From contig CP060222.1 in the NCBI GenBank assembly GCA_023898425.1, positions 330,001-362,000 of the forward strand: a DNA stretch of 32,000 bases, given 5' to 3'. This stretch comes from Candidatus Saccharimonadota bacterium (GTDB lineage: Bacteria > Patescibacteriota > Patescibacteriia > 2-12-FULL-60-25). Below are positions 25,417-32,000 of the stretch, piece by piece. Made by a program: the position numbers and the translations under genes. Every line of letters starts with the position of its first letter. Positions within the stretch are counted from its first letter, which is position 1. The notes under the pieces were generated by a model. It made no database searches. It worked only from the letters and a program-made list of their open reading frames with translations, and was not told the origin of the DNA.

Positions 25417-26761
25417 ATGAGCTTAGATCCTAGACGTACACGCACGTTGAGTCATCACCCCTATCAAAAAGGAGCAATCGCTTATTGGATGAATCGCGAA
25501 ATGCGCCTCAAAGATAATTGGGCTTTGCTTGCTGCTCAGGATTGGGCAATTCGTGAACAGGTGGCTTTAAAAATCGCGTATAATCTTGATCCTGGATTTT
25601 TAGGCGGAGGTCGTCGTCAATTTACATTTAAGTTAGACGCACTTAAGGAAATCTTTACGGACTGCCAGAAAAAAGGGATAAGCTTTTCGTTGATGATTGG
25701 ATCAAAAACAGAAGTAGATTTGATCAAGTGGGTAAAGAAAGAACAGATAGGTGGACTTGTGACGGATTTTGCACCTTTACGTTTGCAACGAAAGTGGCTA
25801 AAGACTGTAGTAAATGCTATTGAGATTCCTGTTATTGAAGTTGATGCGCATAATATTGTTCCGTGTTGGATTGCTTCGGAAAAGCCTGAGTATGGTGCGT
25901 ATACGTTACGTACAAAGATCAATAAGATGTTAAAAGAATTTCTTGTTGAATATCCTGAGCTAAAAAAACATCCGATTAGTACGTCGTCGTCTACCATTAA
26001 CTGGAGTGCTCTTGAAAAGAGCTTTAATGGTAAAGAAATCGCTCCTGTGACTTGGATCAAAGCAGGGGAGAAAGAAGCGTTAAAAAGCTCTACGAGGATT
26101 TATTGAGCATGAATTAAATGGGTACGATGAAGGTCGTAATGATCCTAATGCACAAGCACAGTCTGATTTATCTCCCTACTTTCATTATGGGATGCTGAGT
26201 CCGCAAAGAGCTGCCTTAGAAGTGATGAAATCAAAAGCATCAACAAAAGATAAAGACGCCTACTTAGAAGAGCTTATTATACGTCGAGAATTAGCGGATA
26301 ATTTTTGTTACTATCATCCAAGTGATTATGATACGGTTGGTTGTTTTCCTGACTGGTCAAAACAAGATATTGCAAAACATCGTAAAGACAAAAGAGACTA
26401 TCTTTATACGTTAAAGCAATTTGCGTTAGCAAAAACCCATGACTCATTATGGAATGCTGCTCAACAAGAGATGGTGAAGCAAGGAAGGATGCATGGTTAT
26501 ATGCGCATGTATTGGGCAAAAAAGATTTTAGAGTGGAGCGCCTCAGTAGAAGAAGCGATGAACATTGCTATTACATTAAACGATCGTTATGAATTAGATG
26601 GTCGTGATCCAAATGGCTATGCTGGAATCGCATGGTCAATGGGTGGTGTTCACGATCGACCATGGAGCCGACGTCCAATTTTTGGAAGAGTGCGTTATAT
26701 GAATGATCGCGGATGTGCAAGAAAATTTGATGTTGAGGCCTATTGTAAGCGTTGGCTCTAG
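25417..26761 (+). pseudogene. phr: Class II CPD photolyase (deoxyribodipyrimidine photolyase), one frameshift as assembled
   Basis: N-terminal half: YWMNREMRLKDNWALLAAQ. C-terminal half: SDLSPYFHYGMLSPQR, GRMHGYMRMYWAKKILEW, GYAGIAWSMGG. Shortening the A5 run at 26082-26086 to A4 joins them as ...EALKALRGFIEHELNGYDEGRNDP.... Confidence 0.88.
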
Positions 26762-26789
26762 GTATAGGAGAAGGTAGCTTTTTTGTGTA

Positions 26790-26817
26790 TTGCCTTTTTT
26801 GTTCAATTCAGTATAAT
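26790..26817 (+). promoter_or_regulatory. Candidate promoter for tRNA-Lys
   Basis: TTGCCT (26790-26795), a 16-nt spacer, TATAAT (26812-26817). It lies about 20 nt upstream of the tRNA 5' end. Confidence 0.5.
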
Positions 26818-26836
26818 ACCCGCCATCAAAACACTT

Positions 26837-26912
<76 letters not shown>

Positions 26913-26920
26913 TACAATTA

Positions 26921-26942
26921 CCCCTGCGTAAGCAGGGGTTTT
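26921..26942 (+). terminator. Rho-independent terminator after tRNA-Lys
   Basis: Stem cccctgc (26921-26927) with gcagggg (26932-26938), loop gtaa, then tttt. Confidence 0.7.
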
Positions 26943-26978
26943 GGTTTATTTGCCGTCCTGTAACTGTCCAGGTGACTA

Positions 26979-27007
26979 TTGACAAAAGCGTGATATGTTG
27001 CTACTAT
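26979..27007 (+). promoter_or_regulatory. Candidate sigma70 promoter
   Basis: TTGACA (26979-26984), a 17-nt spacer, TACTAT (27002-27007). Confidence 0.45.
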
Positions 27008-27033
27008 TAATCTACGTCGTGCACTTTTGTCCT

Positions 27034-27056
27034 CCGCTAATATTAGCGGTTTTTTT
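27034..27056 (+). terminator. Intrinsic terminator or attenuator hairpin about 30-45 nt downstream of the preceding promoter
   Basis: Perfect palindrome ccgctaatattagcgg (27034-27049) followed by a T7 run at 27050-27056. Confidence 0.6.
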
Positions 27057-27115
27057 AATGCCAAAAGACGAAAAGTGACGTTTTTTTGCTATTTAGGTAC
27101 AATACAGACAATTCC

Positions 27116-28234
27116 ATGCGTATCTATATCATAGGCTCTAAAGGCATACCTTCGGCATCAATACAGGGCTCTGGTGGTGTTGAAAGGCATGTTGAGCAAA
27201 TTGCAACGCGTCTTGTTGATCGCGGGCATGAGGTATTTGTCTATGTGAGAAACTCGTCTCACTATGCTGCACAAGAATGGAATGGCGTTAAGCTTATACG
27301 CGTGCCTTTTTTACCCGGTAAGAATACGGCAACGATTACACATGTTTTTTTATCTACATTGCATGTGCTTTTTCAGAGAGCGGATATCATTCATTTTCAT
27401 GGGGTAGGTTCTTCTACGCTTGCATGGATTCCACGGTTGCTAAAATGGAAATCAAAAATTGTTGCCACGTTTCATAGCCGTGATTGGTTTGATACGAAAT
27501 GGTCTCGGTTTGCTCGATGGTATTTACAGTTCGGTGAATGGTCGGCCGTGCATTTTCCGCACAAAACAATTGCGGTATCACATGTGATCCAGGTGTTTTG
27601 TCGCAAGTCCTACAATAAACAAGTTGCTTATATCCCAAATGGAGCAGATATCCCAGCACCTCAAGGTGTTGAGTTACTTTCTGCTTTTAACCTAAAAGCA
27701 AATGAGTATCTATTAGGCGTTGGTAGATTAGTCCCAAATAAAGCTTATGATATTGCTATCGAGGCATTTCGTGATGTCGTTACTGATAAAAAGCTCGTGA
27801 TTGTTGGTGAAGCATTTCACTCAAGTCACTACGATCAAAAGTTACGTCTTTTAGCAGAGAAAGATCCACGCGTGATATTACTCGGTTACCAAAGTGGCGA
27901 GCCGCTTAAACAAGTATTAGCGCATGCTTATGCTTTCGTTCATCCATCAAGAGCCGAGGGACTTTCGGTAGCTATCATTGAGGCGATGGCAAATGCCAAG
28001 CTTGTTATTATGTCAGATATTAAAGAAAATTTAGAGCTTGTAGATCATAGCGGTCTTGCCTATACAACCGATGATGTAAAAGCGTTAACGGTAGCAATGC
28101 AACTTGTTGTGGATGACCCAGAGATGACAAGGCAGCGAGGCTTACGTGCCCGCGAGGTTGTGCGCAAAGAGTATTCTTGGGATTCGGTGATACTGCGTCT
28201 CGAAGAGCTATACAAAGAGCTGCTGGCTCACTAA
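27116..28234 (+). CDS. GT4-family glycosyltransferase (DUF1972-like N-terminus plus Glycos_transf_1 C-terminus)
   Basis: MRIYIIGSKGIPSASIQGSGGVERHVEQIA resembles the N-terminus of WchF/RgpA-type enzymes. The C-terminal HPSRAEGLSVAIIEAMA is the EX7E region. Start set at ATG 27116. Confidence 0.85.
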   Translation: MRIYIIGSKGIPSASIQGSGGVERHVEQIATRLVDRGHEVFVYVRNSSHYAAQEWNGVKLIRVPFLPGKNTATITHVFLSTLHVLFQRADIIHFHGVGSSTLAWIPRLLKWKSKIVATFHSRDWFDTKWSRFARWYLQFGEWSAVHFPHKTIAVSHVIQVFCRKSYNKQVAYIPNGADIPAPQGVELLSAFNLKANEYLLGVGRLVPNKAYDIAIEAFRDVVTDKKLVIVGEAFHSSHYDQKLRLLAEKDPRVILLGYQSGEPLKQVLAHAYAFVHPSRAEGLSVAIIEAMANAKLVIMSDIKENLELVDHSGLAYTTDDVKALTVAMQLVVDDPEMTRQRGLRAREVVRKEYSWDSVILRLEELYKELLAH

Positions 28235-28244
28235 GATAGATACT

Positions 28245-29581
28245 ATGAACGTAGTAATATTGAAGCAGGCCAATACGCAAAGGGGAGTGGTGTATCCGCA
28301 GCATTATACTTCGCTAAACAAGGCGATGATGTTTGCGTGACGGACTTAAAAACAGAGGCTGAACTTGCAAGTAATGTTAAGCAGTTAAAAAATATAAAAC
28401 GTACGTTTTACCTTTGGAAAACACGATCTAAAAGATATTCGTTGGGCAGATCTTATTGTGCGTGGTCCACGAGTTCGTAAAGACTCTCCAGAGATGAAAG
28501 AGGCAGCAAAAAGAATATTCAAACAACCTCTGATATTGCGCTTTTTCTTTCTCGCTGTCCTGCACCAGTGGTGGGTATTACGGGTACACGAGGTAAAAGC
28601 ACGACAACCATGATGACGTATGAGATTGCGCAAGCTGCAAAGCGTTGGCGTAAGGTTTGGTTAGGTGGAAATATTCTTGTTTCACCACTCACCTTTTTAT
28701 CGCAAGTAAAATCGAATGATTTGGTTGTGCTTGAATTATCAAGCTTTCAATTAGAGGGTACGGGTGATGCTGGACTCTCTCCGCAAATTGCTGTTTGGAC
28801 TAACTTGATGCGAGATCACCAAGACGCCTATCCTGACATGGATTCATACGCTGAGGCTAAGGCACAGATATTCCGTCATCAAAAGCCTGAAGACGTTGTT
28901 TTGTTGCCGTCTGACAAATTCTATAACGAATATGCAAGCGAAGCTCCTGGTCACGTCTATCGTTTTGGCAAAAAAAAATAGCGAAGAAGTGAGTCTTGTC
29001 GCAGGGACGAAATTACGTGTACCAGGTGAACACAATAAGCGTAATGCAGAAATTGCAGCAGCTATTGCGTTTGAGCTTGGGATCAAACCCACGGTTATTA
29101 AAAAAGCCCTCAAAGATTTTAAAGGGCTTGAGAACCGTATTGAAACCATCGCTACGATAAAAGGTATTGAATATATCAATGATACTACAGCGACAACACC
29201 TGATGGCGCGATGGCCGCAGTAAATGCCTTGCAAAAAGCAAAGCGCATGGTGAATATTTTGTTTGGTGGCGCAAATAAAGAGCTTGATTTTACTGAAGTC
29301 TCAAAGCTTTTTAAGAAGCGTAAAAGATATTCGCGTCTTTTTGTTGCCAGGTACCGCAAAAGAAGAAATTATCAAAGCCTTTAATAAAGCAAAAGTCTCT
29401 TTTGAAGAAGTGGCTGATTTAGCGCATGGCGTAGAACGCGCACAAGAAGAAGCAAAAAAAAGGTGACATCGTGCTTTTATCACCGGGTTGTGCGAGTTTT
29501 GGATTTTTTCTCAATGAGTTTGATCGCGGCGAACAATTTGTAAAGATCGTCAAAGAAACTTGCAAAACAACAATAGTATGA
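28245..29581 (+). pseudogene. murD: UDP-N-acetylmuramoylalanine--D-glutamate ligase MurD, about 6 frameshifts as assembled
   Basis: The pieces read MNVVI.. / EAGQYAKGSGVSAALYFAKQGDDVCVTDLK / VRFTFGKHDLKDIRWADLIVRGPRV / SDIALFLSRCPAPVVGITGTRGKSTTT...NLMRDHQD / LRVPGEHNKRNAEIAAAIA...NDTTATTPD...LFGGANKELDF / DIRVFLLPGT / [26 protein letters not shown]. Frame changes occur near 28259-28261 and at A4 28396-28399, A5 28508-28512, A9 28970-28978, T5 29308-29312 and A8 29454-29461. Confidence 0.85.
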
Positions 29582-30304
29582 TGGCGTGGATTTTTGGTTT
29601 GCCTATCGAGGGACTTCATCGAGATACTATTATCGATATTATTCGTCATAGCACAACATCGCAGTGGCTTGTAACAGCTAATCCAGAAATTCTTTTAGAA
29701 ACAAAAAGAAATTCGCTTTATTCTAGCGCAGTGAAGAAAGCATCATTTCGACTTGTTGATGGGATGGGTTTGGCGCTCGCCTGTCGTTTGAAGGGATCAA
29801 AGGTAACGCGTGTCACCGGCGTTGAGTTATCCGAGTCATTATTGCAGTTAGCGCAAGAGATGCGTTGGCGCGTTGCTTTGGTTGGCTCACAATCCCAAGA
29901 GGCAATGCAAAAGCTTCTTCGTGATGTTCGAGCAGCATATCCTGATATTTCGGTGATGGGGAGCTAGCTGGTAAGGTGGATGAGAAAGGCATTGGTGATC
30001 TTGCAAACGAAGAAGCCTCGATGAGATTGTCGCAATTTGATCCGCAGATTGTCCTTGTTGCTTTTGGACATCCCAAGCAAGAGCTATGGATCGAACAACA
30101 CAAAACGGACTATCCTTCGCTAAAAGCGATCATGGGTGTTGGTGGAACATTCGACTATTGGTCAGGTGCGGTAAAACGAGCACCAAGATGGATGAGGCAA
30201 GTAGGGCTTGAGTGGCTTTGGCGTGTATTTATTGAGCCAAAACGCATTAAACGTATTTTGATGCGGTGATTTTGTTTCCCATTCATGTTTTATTGTCAAA
30301 ATAG
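29578..30304 (+). pseudogene. WecB/TagA/CpsF-family glycosyltransferase, 1-2 frameshifts as assembled
   Basis: VTANPEILLE, RLVDGMGLALA, VLVAFGHPKQELWI, GVGGTFDYWSGAVKRAP, GLEWLWRVFIEPKR. Lengthening the G4 run at 29958-29961 to G5 joins the two ORFs. A second +1 in the T4 run at 30256-30259 would extend the C-terminus to a stop at 30302-30304 (less certain). Its start overlaps the murD stop in an ATGA. Confidence 0.75.
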
Positions 30305-30329
30305 CGTTTTTCGCTTAAATTAGCTGTCT

Positions 30330-31809
30330 ATGGCCACATCAAAATCCGGTACGCGTACGTCTTTGCTCCAAGCCCTACGGGCTATGTGCATATCGGTACC
30401 CTGCGACAGCGCTTTATAACTGGTTTTTAGCTCGTAATATGGGTGGGACGTTTTTATTGCGTGTAGAAGATACCGACCGCGCTCGTTATGTTGAGGGAAG
30501 TATTGAAAACCCTAATAAAGGTGATGAAACAATGCGATCTTGAAGCTGATGAGGGTTTGATTCTTACTTCGACGGGAGAACTTGAAGATAAAGGCGACTA
30601 TGGTCCTTATTTGCAAAGCAAACGCAAAGAGCGTCATCTCGCCTATGCCTATGAGCTCATTGAAAAGGGTCTCGCGTACTATTGTTTTTGTACAAAAGAA
30701 CGTCTAGAAGAGATTGCGCAAAAACAAAAGGAGCTCAAACAGCCATTTATGTATGATCGTTGCTGTCGTGACTTGCCTCGAGAAAAAGCAGAGAATCGTG
30801 CAGCTGTTGGTGATGAGCATGTGATTCGCTTGGCTGTTCCACTCGAGGGCTCTATCACCATGAATGATTTGATTCGTGGAAAGGTAACGATTCCATGGTC
30901 ACAAATTGATGATCAGGTTTTGATTAAATCTGATGGGTATCCTACGTATCATCTTGCGGCAACCTGTGACGATCATGATATGGGGATCACCCATGTTGTG
31001 CGTGGTGAAGAATGGCTCTCCTCATTGCCAAAGCATATTTTCATTGCTCAATCTTTTGGTTGGGACGTGCCAGAATATGCACATCTACCATTATTGTTGA
31101 ACGCTGATCGCTCAAAGCTTTCAAAACGCCAAGGGATGTTGCTGTTGAGGATTATCTTGCAAAGGGGTACTTGCCAGAGGCGTTAGTTAATTTTGTTGGC
31201 ATTGCTCGGTTGGAATCCAACAGCTGATCGTGAAATATTTACCAAAGAAGAATTAGCTGAGCTTTTTGATATCACTAAGGTAAACAAAGCTGGAGCGGTC
31301 TTTAATATCGAAAAAACTTGATTGGTTAAATGCGCATTATCTCAAGCAGCTTTCTGAAGAGGAATTTTGAAAAAATCCACACCCTTCATTAAAGATGTGC
31401 CAGGTGATGCAAAATGATTCAACGTGCAACGGTCATCTCACGTGAGCGTGTGAGTGTTTTGTCGCAGTTACCTGAGCTTGTGAACGAAGCTCTCGAAGCT
31501 CCAGCGCCAACAGCAGAAAGTCTCGTTTGGAAGAAATCCACCAAAGAAGAGGCGGTTACTCGTTTGCAGGGCGTACGTGCATTTGTCTCTGGATTAAGTG
31601 ATGATGATTTTACATCTGTTGCAAAACTCGAAGAAGCGATGAAGGCATTTATTGCAGAAAAGAGTTGGGGCAACGGTGATACGCTTTGGCCAACGCGTGT
31701 AGCGTTATCTGGTCGCGAAAAATCCCCAAGCCCATTTGAGTTGTTATACGTCTATCAAAAAGCGCTTTCATTGACACGTATCGACGAAGCACTCGCTCTT
31801 CTGGCATAA
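30330..31809 (+). pseudogene. gltX: Glutamyl-tRNA synthetase GltX, about 8 frameshifts as assembled
   Basis: The reconstructed reading contains [21 protein letters not shown] (HIGH region), LLRVEDTDRAR, YGPYLQSKR, AYYCFCTKERLE, SDGYPTYHLAATCDDHDMGITHVVRGEEWL, KLSKRQG (KMSKS), NFVALLGWNP and a C-terminal anticodon-binding part (ORF 31414-31809). Frame changes are listed in the findings. Confidence 0.88.
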
Positions 31810-31817
31810 TAGAGAGG

Positions 31818-32000
31818 ATGAAATTAGGACAAGGACTCGTACTTTCGTATGCGATTATCGCCCTCCTCGTTGGTGGGCCGATAGCTTTTGCGGCAACCTC
31901 TACAGATACAGGCACAAAAGCAGAGGTTGATGAGCTACAAAGCGCCGTTAAAGACAAGCAAAATCGCATTAAAGAGCTCGAAGATGTTATCTCAAAATAT
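31818..32000 (+). CDS. Secreted coiled-coil protein, 3'-truncated by the window edge (possibly the N-terminus of an EnvC/M23-type peptidase)
   Basis: ATG 31818 opens a frame that runs to the last base. It begins with a signal peptide (MKLGQGLVLSYAIIALLVGGPIAFA), then AEVDELQSAVKDKQNRIKELEDVI. The function is a guess from architecture. Confidence 0.45.
   Translation, partial: MKLGQGLVLSYAIIALLVGGPIAFAATSTDTGTKAEVDELQSAVKDKQNRIKELEDVISKY

Noticed and set aside
28844-29359. Long antisense ORFs. Examples are 28844-29359, 25617-26060, 24711-25106, 138-563, 215-529, 2510-2851, 8258-8563, 11534-11806, 31649-31969 and 31419-31673.
   Set aside because: Each lies fully opposite or within a gene that has clear family motifs. 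Their sequences are low-complexity or biased with no recognisable domains, which is typical of shadow ORFs.
28245-31809. Alternative genetic code, or programmed ribosomal frameshifting, as the explanation for the broken murD, tagA and gltX genes.
   Set aside because: The breaks are frame changes, not in-frame UGA or UAG codons. TGA clearly terminates mraZ and rsmH. The shifts go in both directions, with up to eight per gene and no shared slippery motif, which is incompatible with programmed frameshifting.

Overview
This is a gene-dense bacterial window using the standard genetic code: TGA ends mraZ and rsmH. Genes are short and tightly packed, often with ATGA start/stop overlaps, and few starts have a Shine-Dalgarno sequence. 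Together with the gene content, this suggests a small-genome, Patescibacteria/CPR-like organism; that is an inference, since no rRNA is present.

Gene order:
- uvrC (5' part lies outside the window), then a membrane-anchored EEP nuclease/phosphatase.
- mraZ-rsmH-ftsL-like.
- A five-gene operon: small membrane protein, membrane-anchored zinc-ribbon Clp/Hsp100 ATPase, WecA/MraY-family transferase, DUF192.
- rplU, a hypothetical exported protein, and a NUDIX hydrolase.
- recR-ybaB-dnaB on the minus strand.
- An amino-acid-permease-like transporter, folD (minus strand), uppS, a NUDIX-like hypothetical, rpmA (minus strand), and a NifU-like protein.
- mraY-ftsW-murG.
- A carotenoid block (polyprenyl synthase, phytoene-synthase-like, phytoene-desaturase-like, convergent UbiA prenyltransferase) plus a class II CPD photolyase.
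- tRNA-Lys(UUU), a GT4 glycosyltransferase, murD, a tagA/wecG-like gene, gltX, and the start of a secreted coiled-coil protein.

Main points of interest:
1. The pigment and photolyase block is fused to cell-wall genes.
2. The Clp-type ATPase is membrane-anchored, has a degenerate first ATPase module, and sits where ftsI/murE/murF normally lie.
3. A four-unit, 10-bp-phased GTGGGA repeat at the mraZ promoter matches the known MraZ operator design.
4. Single-base frameshifts are very unevenly distributed. I saw none across 2.3-21 kb, four isolated ones elsewhere, and about 16 packed into murD-tagA-gltX (28.2-31.4 kb).

I saw no CRISPR array, transposase, integrase or recognisable defence system.
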